64,000 nucleotides of DNA from an uncultured Planctomycetota bacterium (lineage in GTDB: Bacteria; Planctomycetota; Planctomycetia; Pirellulales; Lacipirellulaceae): positions 1,536,001 through 1,600,000 of the forward strand of contig CAVRBU010000002.1 in the NCBI GenBank assembly GCA_963719315.1. Direction: 5' to 3'. This document shows, piece after piece, positions 10,380 to 21,860 of this stretch; position 1 is the stretch's first letter; each line of letters starts with the position of its first letter. The notes below the pieces were generated by a model. That model was not told where the DNA came from, made no database searches, and saw only the letters and a list, made by a program, of their open reading frames with translations. The position numbers and the translations under genes were made by a program.

Positions 10380-12759
10380 TCACAAACGATTTACGTCCGG
10401 TTTTTCGGCCAGACTGATCTTTGGCGGTAGCGCACTTGTTGCCACGATCTCGACCAACAACTGCCGAATATCGAACTTGTGTTTGGCAAAACATTCCTGC
10501 AGTTCGTGCAAGCGATTCGGTCCATAGGCTAGTATCGGCTGTTTTACCGTGTGATGGAACAGCTGCTTCACGAAGGCGGTTTGCGATTCGTCGCTGGAAG
10601 CCACAAATTCGGCCAAATCCTTCATGCCTTTGAACTTTTCGACCTCGCCCGATTGCGTCAAATAACTGCCCGACGCGTCGATCGGTTTGTCCCTCTCCAG
10701 CTCGCGGTAGCGACCGATGGCGTCAAAATTCTCCATCGTAAACCCCAGCGGATTGATCATCCCGTGGCAACCCTGGCACGCCTCGGGCTGGGTTTGCAAC
10801 GCCACACGGTCGCGAGTGCTGAGCTCCGCATGCACGTTCGGCGGCAATGGCGCGACCGCCTGGGCAGGCGGACGCAGCACGCGACCGAGTACGCTTCTAG
10901 AAACGAATACTCCGCGATGAATAGGCGAGCTCGCGCTCGTGTACGCCAGGCTGGCAAGCAGATACGGATGCGACAACACGCCGGCGCGGCGTTCCGGTTC
11001 GAAGTCGACTTTCTGAAACGGCGCGTCGGCCGGCAATGGCACGCCGTACACCTTCGCGAGCCGTCCGTTGAACCAGAACTCGTCGCCCAGTAGAAACTGC
11101 CGGTAGTCGGACGAGCCGCCGTCGAGCATCTCGTCGAGCGACAATTCGAGCGACGTCCGCAAATCCGATGCAACCTCCGGCGTGAACTCTGGGTACAACA
11201 TCGGGTCTTTGGCCAAGTCCCGCGGCTGTGAAATCTTCAGCCAGCCCAACAAGAAGTCGCGGACCTTCGAATGTGTTCGCAAGTCGGGTAGCATGCGTTC
11301 AAGTTGCCGAACTACCTGCGCGGTTGGCGAGCCTGCCTTTCGCGGCCGCCTTCAGTAGTTCACGGTCGGGCAGCGAATCCCACATTCCGAACGACATTCG
11401 CGCGGCCACGTCGTACGGATCAGCCGCATCGCCATCGATTTCGCGATACAGAAACCGCGGTGACTTGAGCGCCAGCAGCACCACTCGCTTCACGCCCCCG
11501 AGCAGGTCGGGAGCCGCCTCGAATTGGCGTTGGACGTAAAACTTCTGCTGCTCATCCGAAAGCGGGCGGAGGAATGCGCGCTCGACGAATTGCAGGCAGA
11601 ATTTGCGGAGGAATGGCTCGCCCTTCGCGTCGTCCGGGTTCGCGCCTGTCAATTGCCGCACGTGTTGGGCCACATAACCGGCCGTCTCGATCGCGGCCTC
11701 GGTCGTGGCCTCATCCCAGGCCTTGGAAATCGAAGTCCCTCGCTCGTACCCCACGCTCCGGTCATCCGGCGGGAATCGCGTTTCGAGCACGAATACTTCG
11801 GGGGCCTCCTCAATGGACAAGTAGTGCCCTGTAATCACTTCCAGCGTGTGGTTCGGACGTTTCCATTCCAGCGAGATGGAAGTGTTGGGGTTGGGTTTGA
11901 ACTTCTCCTTATAGTCTTTGTTCTTTTTGCTCACGCCTTGCTGGCCGCGGGAAAACTCGAGCTTGATCGGGTACGCTCGCCCACCCAGCAATCGGATTTC
12001 GGCGCGGTGCTCGGTTTCGTCGCCCGATTGAACCCAAGCGTCGATCAAGGGGACCGGAGAATCGTTGATCGTCAATCGAGTCGCATGTTCGGTCCGCACG
12101 ACGAATTCATACGTGCCGGTATCGGGCGCCAACACGGACCCTACCCACTCGATGTAAAACGTCTGCTTTTCGAGCTTGTCGGGATCGGGGGTCGATTCGC
12201 CCCAATTGAAGTGCACGTCGGGATCGGTTCGTTCCAGCTTCAGCGCAGCCGGCTTGTATTCGCGGGCGGCGAAATACTTGCCGTGCAGTCCGCGTTCCGC
12301 TCCCCACTTCGTTGGTTCGCGGAAGCTGCCGATCAAATCGGCGACCGCGTTTTGATATTGCCGCACAGTGAGCCGCGAGAGTTCGATGCGGACCGGCTTG
12401 TTGCGGACCCGAGCATCGACCGAGTAGAAAGCGTCGTAGATGTACGCCGCCACCTTGGCCGCATCGTTGGCGGAGCACTTCGTGTCCGCATCATCCGGCA
12501 TTGTTTCGTGGATCAGCTTCGTAAGCTGCGCGACCGATTTGTCGCCGGCCAGCGGGTCGGGGTAGCTGTCCTCGACCCCTTCGCCCGAATTGCCGTGGCA
12601 CCGCGCACACTGATCGCGATAGATATGCTCGCCCGTGGGCTCCGCGGCGACAGAGTTCCCAGCGGCGCAAATCGCGGCACAATACAGCAGCACCACAGTA
12701 ACGCTTTGCAACCGAATTCGCAGATTTTTCTGCGGCAATTGCATGGCAATTCTCGACAT
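10380..12759 (-). CDS. Cytochrome c + PA14 + DUF1592/1588/1585 protein (frameshift near 11320)
   Basis: CARCHG; RLTVRQY; PA14-like segment; [37 protein letters not shown]; start approximate. Confidence 0.8.
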
Positions 12760-12864
12760 CGTCAGAGCGGGCCAGCAAGGCGGGAAGCGGAACCGGCACT
12801 GGTTCAGGTGGGAAGCTGAATTATAAACGGCATTCCCGGCAAATCCAAGCCGCAGGACGAATGG

Positions 12865-12984
12865 GTAGTGTCCTAATTTGCGGCACAACAAGCTTGTAGC
12901 ACGGACTTCAGTCCGTGATTCTCGTACGGACTGAAGTCCGTGTTGCAAAGTTCCGGTCCGAACGGTGCCAAATTAGGACACCAC
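12865..12984. repeat. Nested inverted repeats (REP doublet inside an outer IR)
   Basis: Outer GTAGTGTCCTAATTTG / CAAATTAGGACACCAC; inner GTAGCACGGACTTCAGTCCGTG / TACGGACTGAAGTCCGTGTTGC. Confidence 0.75.
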
Positions 12985-13077
12985 CGACGAATGGGTCTCA
13001 AAGGCACGAATCTTTGACCGTTCGCGATTGGCGCCTGGAGGCGCACCCCCCTTGGCGGCAAAGGAGCTACTACTCCT

Positions 13078-14361
13078 TTAGCCGTCGCCGCCGATGCGAT
13101 TTTTACCGACCCACTTGCGGAGAACTTCGGGAACGGCGATTGATCCATCCGCCTGCTGGTAGTTTTCCAGAATGGCAATGATCGCGCGGCTGATTGCCAC
13201 GGCCGTGCCGTTGAGTGTGTGAACGAGCTGCGTTCCCTTTTCGCCCTTCACCTTGTAACGGATATCGAGCCGCCGCGATTGATAGTCGGTGCAGTTCGAG
13301 GCGCTGGTCACCTCTCCGTATTCTCCGCCGCTCCCGCGGCCCGGCATCCAGGCCTCCAGATCGAACTTGCGAAAGGCGGGGCCGCCCAAGTCGCCGCTCG
13401 CGATATCGAGCACGCGGTACGGAATGCCGAGGCCGTCAAAGATTGCACATTCCAAGTCGCGGAAGTAATTGTGAGTATCCTCACTTTGCTCGGGCAGCGT
13501 GAACGCGAACATCTCGACCTTCGTGAATTGATGCACGCGATACAGCCCGCGCGACGCCCGGCCCGCCGCCCCCGCTTCGGTGCGGAAGCAATGACTGATG
13601 CCGCAGAGCTTGATCGGCAATTCTTCGGCGTCGATTACTTCGCCGGCGTACAGACCGCCGAGCGTGATCTCAGCCGTTGCCACCAAGTTGAGATCCTGAT
13701 TTTCAACGCTGTAGATTTGCGTTTCCGGCCCCCGTGGAATAAAGCCGACGCCCTTCAATACGTCGCCACGAGCGAGATCGGGCGTAACCATCGGTGTGAA
13801 GCCCTCGCGCACGAGACGCTCCATCGCGTACTGCTGTAGCGCAAGCTCCAGCAGCGCCGCTTCGTTCTTCAAAAAATAGAAGCCGTGGCCGGCAACTCGC
13901 GCGCCCCCTTCGAAATCGATGAGATCATGCTGCTCTGCGAGGGCCACGTGATCGAGCACCGGAAAGCCAAACGGCCGCACGTCCATTTTTCCGCGCTGCA
14001 ATTCCTTACTCGCGTCTTCGCCGCCAATCGGCGAATCCTCGTGCGTGAGGTTCGGCATTGCGTTATGAATCAACGCGGCCTCGGCGCCGAGCGTGTCGCC
14101 CTCCGCCTGGATCTGCTCTTTCTTCTCGCGGAGCCGGCGGCCTTCGTCCTTGCGCGCTTCGCGCTCGGCGTCGTCCTTGGCGTGGCCGATCGACTTGCTA
14201 ACCGCGTTCGCCATCCGCGAGAGCTCTTCGATTTCCGACTGCAACTTCCGCCGCTGCGATTCAAGCTCCACGAACCTGGCCACGTCCACTTTCACGCCGC
14301 GATGGTCGCAGTTCCGCTGCACAAGTTCAGGGTTTTCGAGAATGAAGCGTTTGTCGAGCAT
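13078..14361 (-). CDS. serS: Serine--tRNA ligase
   Basis: ATAEI; FRTEAG; GLYRVHQFTKVEMF; SASNCTDYQSRRL; HTLNGT. Confidence 0.97.
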   Translation of the reverse strand: MLDKRFILENPELVQRNCDHRGVKVDVARFVELESQRRKLQSEIEELSRMANAVSKSIGHAKDDAEREARKDEGRRLREKKEQIQAEGDTLGAEAALIHNAMPNLTHEDSPIGGEDASKELQRGKMDVRPFGFPVLDHVALAEQHDLIDFEGGARVAGHGFYFLKNEAALLELALQQYAMERLVREGFTPMVTPDLARGDVLKGVGFIPRGPETQIYSVENQDLNLVATAEITLGGLYAGEVIDAEELPIKLCGISHCFRTEAGAAGRASRGLYRVHQFTKVEMFAFTLPEQSEDTHNYFRDLECAIFDGLGIPYRVLDIASGDLGGPAFRKFDLEAWMPGRGSGGEYGEVTSASNCTDYQSRRLDIRYKVKGEKGTQLVHTLNGTAVAISRAIIAILENYQQADGSIAVPEVLRKWVGKNRIGGDG

Positions 14362-14396
14362 GGTAGTGATTGAAAAAGGATTTCTCCGAAAATAAG

Positions 14397-15770
14397 CTAT
14401 TTAGGCTTGGCCTTCGCGAGCTCTTCCCACAAACACGCGCTGGCGAGCGTACCGCGATGGTAGTCGTCGAGTGAAAATTTTTCGTTCGGGCTATGCGTGT
14501 TGTCGTCGTTCTGGCCCCAGCCGAGCAGCAGCACGTCGGCCCCCAGTTCGTCGGCGAAAGTGTTGACGATCGGGATCGATCCACCTTCGCGAATGAACAC
14601 CGGGACCCGGCCGAATGCCGTTTCGATCGCCGCCGAGGCCGCACGCATGTACGAGCTGTCGAACGGCACGACGACGCCCGGCGCGCCGTGATAATCGATC
14701 AGTTCCATTTGGATCCCTGGCGGCAGTCGCTCTTCCAAGAACTTGCGCAGCGACTTTTCGATCTTCTTCGGATCCTGCTTGGGCACGAGGCGGAAGCTGA
14801 ATTTCGCGCTCGCTTTCGCGGGCAGCACGGTCTTCGCACCTTCCCCCTGATAACCGCTTGAGAGCCCGTTGATGTCGCACGTTGGCCGGGCCCAGCGTCG
14901 TTCTAGCGATGTGAAGCCCACCTCGCCGAACGTGCCCGTTACGCCGAGCGGCTGCATGAATTCGGCGTCGGTCAGCGGCAGCTTTCGGTACTCGCCCCGT
15001 TCACGCTCGCTGAGGGGTTCGACGTCGTCGTAAAAACCCGGCACCTGAACTCGCCCTTCTTTGTCCTTGAGCGCCGCCAACAACGCCACCAGCGCATTGG
15101 CCGGGTTCGTCACCGCGCCGCCAAACGTGCCCGAGTGTAAATCCTGCTTCGGCCCCCGCAGCCGAATCTCGTAATATGCGATTCCGCGCAATCCATACGT
15201 GATCGCCGGCACGCCCGGTGCGAACTGGCTGCAATCGCTGATCACGACCGCGTCGCACGCGAGCTTCTCGCGATTCGCCTTCACATATGGGCCTAAGTGC
15301 TCGCTGCCGACTTCTTCCTCTCCCTCGATCAAGAATTTCACTTGCAGCGGCAATTTGCCAACCGACTTGATCCAGGCTTCGGCGCTCTTCACATGTGTCA
15401 GCATCTGCCCTTTGTCGTCGGTCGCGCCGCGGGCGTAGATGTTGCCATCGCGCACCGTCGGCTCGAACGGCGGGCTGATCCACTCATCGAGCGGCTCCGG
15501 GGGCTGCACGTCATAGTGGCCGTAAACCAGCACCACCGGTTTGCCGGGCACCGGCGGCGACTCGGCATACACCAGCGGATGGCCCGCCGTGGGAATCGTT
15601 TCCGTCGCCAGCCCCAGTCCTCTGAATTGTGATGCCACCCAATCGCCCGCTCGCCGCGTCTCGGCATTTTGCCGCGAATCCGCACTCACGCTGGCAATCC
15701 GCAGCAGCTCGGCCAAATCGCGCTGAAATGCGTCGCGATGACTCTCGATGTAGGTCTTAACGGTGTTCAT
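14397..15770 (-). CDS. M20 family dipeptidase
   Basis: YGHYDVQP; ARGATDDKGQ; EGEEEVGS; DLHSG; HSPNE. Confidence 0.92.
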   Translation of the reverse strand: MNTVKTYIESHRDAFQRDLAELLRIASVSADSRQNAETRRAGDWVASQFRGLGLATETIPTAGHPLVYAESPPVPGKPVVLVYGHYDVQPPEPLDEWISPPFEPTVRDGNIYARGATDDKGQMLTHVKSAEAWIKSVGKLPLQVKFLIEGEEEVGSEHLGPYVKANREKLACDAVVISDCSQFAPGVPAITYGLRGIAYYEIRLRGPKQDLHSGTFGGAVTNPANALVALLAALKDKEGRVQVPGFYDDVEPLSERERGEYRKLPLTDAEFMQPLGVTGTFGEVGFTSLERRWARPTCDINGLSSGYQGEGAKTVLPAKASAKFSFRLVPKQDPKKIEKSLRKFLEERLPPGIQMELIDYHGAPGVVVPFDSSYMRAASAAIETAFGRVPVFIREGGSIPIVNTFADELGADVLLLGWGQNDDNTHSPNEKFSLDDYHRGTLASACLWEELAKAKPK

Positions 15771-15976
15771 TTCGTCGCTGCTTCCTGTTATGCCCAACGG
15801 GCGTACAATATAATGCGCTGCCAGCAGTTTCACCACTGCACCCGAGGGGGTGGCAGGCCCTTGGTCGCTGGCCCACATGGGCATAGGGTTGCGAGTAAAC
15901 ACGGGCCCGCGCTTGCAAATGGCCGGCAAGAGCATCCCACCCCCCAGAATCACAACGCCTTCTTACAGGTGACATC

Positions 15977-16336
15977 ATGGACTCAGAAGAAACAGTCGTC
16001 GCCGACGATAACCAGGCGCCCACGATGGTGGCCGAACCGAAAACCAAAACCGAACGCAAGAAGCGCGAGGTGCCCCGCTATAACGTTCTTCTCTGGGACA
16101 GCGACGCCCACTCCTACGAATACGTAGAGCGGATGCTCCGCGAACTCTTCGGCCACACGCCGGAACAATGCCACAAGATGGCCGAGACGGTCGACACCGA
16201 AGGCAAGGTCGTCGTTTACACCACCACGCAAGAACTGGCCGAACTCAAACGCGACCAAATCCTGGCATATGGCAAAGACGACAAGATCCGCAACTGCACC
16301 GGCTCGATGCACGCAACGATCGAAGCGGCGACATAG
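15977..16336 (+). CDS. clpS: Clp protease adaptor ClpS
   Basis: YNVLLWDSDAHSYEYVERML..LFG; GKVVV...ELAELK. Confidence 0.85.
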   Translation: MDSEETVVADDNQAPTMVAEPKTKTERKKREVPRYNVLLWDSDAHSYEYVERMLRELFGHTPEQCHKMAETVDTEGKVVVYTTTQELAELKRDQILAYGKDDKIRNCTGSMHATIEAAT

Positions 16337-16343
16337 AAGCTCT

Positions 16344-16424
16344 ATTTGTCACTGGAAATTGGTCAATTGAAACTGGTCATGACTGAAATGGCCAATGACA
16401 AATAACAAATTTGCAATGACCAAT
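16344..16424. repeat. Inverted heptamer tandem-repeat array
   Basis: ATTTGTC ACTGGAA ATTGGTC AATTGAA ACTGGTC ... ATGGCCA ATGACAA ATAACAA ATTTGCA ATGACCA. Confidence 0.75.
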
Positions 16425-16435
16425 CTCCTATTCTC

Positions 16436-17746
16436 ATGAAACTTCGTACCGTTACCTTAGGCTGCAAAGTCAACCAGTACGAAACCGAGTACGTTCGCGA
16501 AGGCTTATTGGGCGTCGGCTACGAAGACGCGGACGAAAACGAGCAAGCCGAGCTCTGCATCGTCAACACCTGCACCGTTACGAGCGAAGGCGACTCCAAG
16601 AGCCGCCAAACGATTCGCCGGCTGGCGCGGACGAACCCCGGCGCGAAGATTGTCGTAATGGGCTGCTACGCGACGCGGGCACCAGAGGAAGTCGCGGCGT
16701 TGCCGGGCGTTTCGCAAGTCATTACTGACAAGCGTGAACTGCCCGATTTGCTGGGGCGCTTTGGCGTAACTGATATTCCCACGGGCATCAGCGGCTTTGG
16801 CCGCCGGCATCGTGCGTATGTGAAGGTGCAAGACGGTTGCATGTTGCGTTGCAGCTTTTGCATCATTCCGCACGTGCGGCCGAATCTTACCAGCCGGCCG
16901 ATCGAGCACATTCTAGATGAAGTCCGACGGCTCGTTGATCGAGGCTACCGCGAGGTGGTGCTGACAGGCATTCATCTGGGCCACTACGGCGTCGATTGGA
17001 ATCGCCACGCACCGAAGGAAAAGTGGATTCGGCTTTCGCATCTCGTTCGTCAAATCGTCGAACTACCGGGCGACTTCCGCGTTCGGCTCTCCAGCATTGA
17101 AGCCACGGAAGTCACACGCAAACTCATCGACGTGATGGCCGACCATCCAGAGAAAGTCGCGCCCCATCTGCATATCTCCATGCAAAGCGGCAGCGACAGT
17201 GTGCTCCGCCGCATGCGACGACGCTGGGGTAGCCGGCGATTCATTGATCGTTGCCGGCTCCTGCAGGAGCGACTCGATCGGCCGGCAATCACGACGGATA
17301 TCATTGTCGGCTTCCCCGGCGAGACGGACGCGGAGTTTCAGGAAACAATCGAAACGTCACGTGCCGTAGGCTTCTCGAAGATTCACATTTTTCCGTTCAG
17401 CGCTCGCCGCGGTACGCCGGCTACGACGATGCCCGACCAGATTGCCAAGCAAGTCCAACAAGAACGCACCCGTGAGTTGGCTGCCGTCGAGTCAGAGTTG
17501 CGCAATGTGTATTACCGTAGCCTCATCGGGCAGCGGTTGCGAGTGCTGGTGGAGACGGAGGATGCAGGAGGCGGGATGCAGGAGGCAGGGTGCTGGACAG
17601 GGACTTCTTGCCGGTATGCGACAGTTGAGGTCAATTCAGCGGATGCGCGCGAGGGTGAGTTCATTGACGTTGTTGCGGACGAAGTTTCGGGCGAGCGAAT
17701 AATTTCGAATCGGCGAGCACGGTTATGTTGCAATGGGGTGTCTTAG
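16436..17746 (+). CDS. mtaB: tRNA t6A37 methylthiotransferase (radical SAM)
   Basis: TLGCKVNQYET; NTCTVT; KVQDGCMLRCSFC; DIIVGFPGET; HIFPFSARRGT. Confidence 0.92.
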   Translation: MKLRTVTLGCKVNQYETEYVREGLLGVGYEDADENEQAELCIVNTCTVTSEGDSKSRQTIRRLARTNPGAKIVVMGCYATRAPEEVAALPGVSQVITDKRELPDLLGRFGVTDIPTGISGFGRRHRAYVKVQDGCMLRCSFCIIPHVRPNLTSRPIEHILDEVRRLVDRGYREVVLTGIHLGHYGVDWNRHAPKEKWIRLSHLVRQIVELPGDFRVRLSSIEATEVTRKLIDVMADHPEKVAPHLHISMQSGSDSVLRRMRRRWGSRRFIDRCRLLQERLDRPAITTDIIVGFPGETDAEFQETIETSRAVGFSKIHIFPFSARRGTPATTMPDQIAKQVQQERTRELAAVESELRNVYYRSLIGQRLRVLVETEDAGGGMQEAGCWTGTSCRYATVEVNSADAREGEFIDVVADEVSGERIISNRRARLCCNGVS

Positions 17747-17973
17747 GTGTTGTGGCGGAACGAGAGCCCATTGATTTGAATGGATTGAATCTCTGGGATT
17801 TTCAATGGCAACTCGTGGATAGTGACCCGGTGATGTTGCCGCATCCTCACTATTCGTCGCAAATGCACAAGTGGCACGTTTACGAAATAGAGGGTGCCGT
17901 GCGATCCATAAGGTTTGCTGCCTGCGAACTATCGAACGGCGTCTGGGGCTTTTGCGTGCCTGCGCAGAATTAG
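17725..17973 (+). CDS. Small hypothetical protein
   Basis: Protein-like ORF (HPHY...VYEI...FAACELSNGVWGF), lower GC; start uncertain. Confidence 0.5.
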   Translation: MLQWGVLGVVAEREPIDLNGLNLWDFQWQLVDSDPVMLPHPHYSSQMHKWHVYEIEGAVRSIRFAACELSNGVWGFCVPAQN

Positions 17974-18073
17974 ATTATTTGTAGGGCTTATCAGTCTGTC
18001 TTCTGATTGTTTGTTGCCCTCAACGTTGTTGGCCTTTGCGGCCCGTTGTTCAGCACTTCTCCGACCGCTATAA

Positions 18074-19228
<1,155 letters not shown>

Positions 19229-19253
19229 TCAGCGCCAGGCCAAGATTGCCGGG

Positions 19254-20204
19254 CTATTTTTTTGCAAACGACTCGGCGAGCACGTCGTAATTCAAATTGC
19301 CGTATTTGAAGGTCGAGCCAGTTTCACAATTGTTGAGGATCACCACCGCCGGACTGAACAGGTGCGGATCGATGCGATAAAAATCGTGATCGTAGCGTGC
19401 AAATATCTCCGCAAACGGTCGTCCATAATCGGGCGACGCACTGCTTGGCACCTGCGGCCCAAATTTCTCGATGGACGTGTCATCGCCGCCAACTTCCAAC
19501 ACCACACCGCCACCGTAGAGAATCGCGTCGTTCGCCCAGCCGAGGGCGGCAAAGTCATTCATCGCCAGAGGCGGTAACGGCGCGAGGCCCGCAGCCCGCT
19601 CGACACCCTCCAGTTCGAACCCCAGCACGTGCAATTTGTGCAGCGCGGTCTCCACGCTGCGGGCCACTATTTGAATCGTGCCGGCTTGGCTCGACGTTCG
19701 CGCCGCCAGCAGCGTCAACCGATCGGGTCTAATGTCGCACTTCGTGGCGATATCAATGCACACACGGTCGGGCGGTAATTCACCCGTTTCCAATATGCCC
19801 ACGCATACGTCCGGCTTTTCGCGGTAACCAATCGAGTCGAATAACTCCTCGCGACCGGCGGCTGCTCGCATGGGACCCGAGCCCATCGCGAAAAACTTTT
19901 CGCCCTTGATCGCCCACCCTGCATATTGCGACGCCATGCACGCCACGACCGGGCTGCGAGTACTGACGTATACCTGCTGCGTCGCGGGAGCGTCTTCATC
20001 CGCGGCATTGATGTCGATCAACCCCAACCCAGACATGCACACCGAGGCTAGCCGCAATCCCGCCTTTTCGCTACCCGGTGCATTCACGCCGCAATCAATA
20101 ATCCGCGTCCCGCAATCGAGTGTGCTGACCGCGATGCCGAGCGCGTTGGCATCAGCGACCATCGCGTTACAAAGTTCGAAGGCGCGCTCGTTGAGTGTCT
20201 GCAT
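19254..20204 (-). CDS. mch: Methenyltetrahydromethanopterin cyclohydrolase
   Basis: IIDCGVNAPGS; ACMASQYAGW; MGSGPMRA; QIVARSVETALHK; NDAILYGG; FYRIDPHLFSPA. Confidence 0.93.
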   Translation of the reverse strand: MQTLNERAFELCNAMVADANALGIAVSTLDCGTRIIDCGVNAPGSEKAGLRLASVCMSGLGLIDINAADEDAPATQQVYVSTRSPVVACMASQYAGWAIKGEKFFAMGSGPMRAAAGREELFDSIGYREKPDVCVGILETGELPPDRVCIDIATKCDIRPDRLTLLAARTSSQAGTIQIVARSVETALHKLHVLGFELEGVERAAGLAPLPPLAMNDFAALGWANDAILYGGGVVLEVGGDDTSIEKFGPQVPSSASPDYGRPFAEIFARYDHDFYRIDPHLFSPAVVILNNCETGSTFKYGNLNYDVLAESFAKK

Positions 20205-20265
20205 CCACCCATTGTAAAACGGACTGGTCGCTTAAGCGACCAGTAACCCGCACCAGAAATCGATC

Positions 20266-20332
20266 GGAGCCCGCAGCGCAAGCAAAGGTCGATGTGGCGG
20301 CGCGTAACACCCTTGCTTGCGCTGCGGGCTCC
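20266..20332. repeat. Palindromic repeat doublet
   Basis: GGAGCCCGCAGCGCAAGCAA ... TTGCTTGCGCTGCGGGCTCC. Confidence 0.75.
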
Positions 20333-20382
20333 GATCCACACAAAACTAATGTGCCTTAAGTTGCGCGAGAGGTCTCGGCGCC

Positions 20383-21336
20383 TCACTCATCGCCCGGCAC
20401 GATCTCACCGCCGCCGATCGTGCTCAGCGCTTTGAGCACCGCCAACGCGATATCCGGCTTCAGACCGCGAACGTGGCCGTCCAGGAACACGGCTTGCACC
20501 AGGCCACCCGAGTGCATGCTGCCGAACTTGTTGCGGTCCTTGTCGTCGATGCTGGTGGCCAGGCCGTCTTCCGTGCAGCGGAACGTCGTGTGCGGCGTGT
20601 CTCCCGGAATCGACGCCGTATCGCCGATCTCATAGTCCTCCATCTCCGTCGCCGTATTGTCCGGCACAGGCGGCAGATGCCGCTCGGCGATCGCGATCGT
20701 TTTTGAAAGCCCGTCTTCCACTTGCCGCGCGCTGATGTGCGAGCCGCTGAAAATCGGTCCCGCTTCGGCGCGGCTGTATTGGCCGAAGACCGTGGCATTT
20801 TCATCCTTGCCGACCATTCCGGTCAGCAATTGGATGCCGGCGTTGGCCGAATAGTCGGCCAGCGTTGCCGAAGCCAACACCACGGGCGGCGCGTTGTTGT
20901 TATCGAAGTTGCGGTCGGCCGCCGCCCGCCGCCGGCTGGGACATGCAAATGTGTCGATCGGCGTACGCATGGCGGCCGAGTTCTTCGGATCATCCACGCG
21001 AGCCTTTGAATCATAACTGTTATAGATCGCCGTCTCTTCCATGTACGGTAACAAGAAGAACGCCCACGACACGGCAAATTGATCGAACCGGTTGCGGCCC
21101 ATCGGGAACGCCTTCCGCGTGTCGTGATGGCTCTGCACGGCCAGGCCAATCTGCTTGAGATTGTTCTGGCATTGCGATCGGCGGGCCGATTCGCGGGCCG
21201 CCTGAATCGCCGGCAGCAAAAACGCAATCAGGATGCCAATGATCGCGATCACGACCAGCAATTCGACGAGCGTGAAGCCTCGTCGCGAAGCAGGTCCGAC
21301 GAACCGAGGAGGACATCGGAACTTGCGCAAGCGCAT
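20383..21336 (-). CDS. DUF1559 prepilin-type protein
   Basis: GFTLVELLVVIAIIGIL; AARESARRSQCQNNLKQ; H-X9-DG-like C-terminus. Confidence 0.92.
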   Translation of the reverse strand: MRLRKFRCPPRFVGPASRRGFTLVELLVVIAIIGILIAFLLPAIQAARESARRSQCQNNLKQIGLAVQSHHDTRKAFPMGRNRFDQFAVSWAFFLLPYMEETAIYNSYDSKARVDDPKNSAAMRTPIDTFACPSRRRAAADRNFDNNNAPPVVLASATLADYSANAGIQLLTGMVGKDENATVFGQYSRAEAGPIFSGSHISARQVEDGLSKTIAIAERHLPPVPDNTATEMEDYEIGDTASIPGDTPHTTFRCTEDGLATSIDDKDRNKFGSMHSGGLVQAVFLDGHVRGLKPDIALAVLKALSTIGGGEIVPGDE

Positions 21337-21711
21337 GGTAGGCTCCTTTCACAGAAAGGTTACAGTAGTCCGCCTGGTGGGTAGGGAACGGCGGCGGACG
21401 AAGGTGGGATCGATTGATTGCAACTTAAACTGAAGCACTGCGCCGGGTCAACCCGAATGCCGAGTATCCGAAATGAAGATTCAGATTTCTTCCACCATCG
21501 CGCAATGCTTCATCCGGATAGCGCATCCGATTCCAACCTCACACTCTTCAGACGTCGATTTTCGCTCGTCCGCGCGACGGAATGTGCGTTTCCTGGTGAT
21601 AATGCGCCAAGGCAGAAATCGCGGGATCACACTCAGCAACTTGACTTAGCCCCCTCCGTCGGCTATCCTTTTCTAATTGCCAAATTGATCCCCGTTTCCA
21701 ATAGGCCATCC

Positions 21712-21859
21712 GTGTTTGTTCCGTTTTACAATCTGACTGCCGCATCGCTCAACGTCGTCGGCAGCATCGTGATTATCAGCGCAACCGGGAGGCCTTGAGG
21801 GTCGGTTCGATTCCATCGAAACTCGCAAACCCTGAGGCCGAAAGCCTCGGGGTTTTTTT
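21712..21859 (+). promoter_or_regulatory. Ile/Val leader-peptide attenuator
   Basis: Leader ...NVVGSIVIISATGRP* (stop 21796-21798); terminator ACCCTGAGGC-CGAAA-GCCTCGGGGT plus T-run; antiterminator arm GGCCTTGAGGGT; leader start codon uncertain. Confidence 0.7.
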
Positions 21860-21860
21860 A

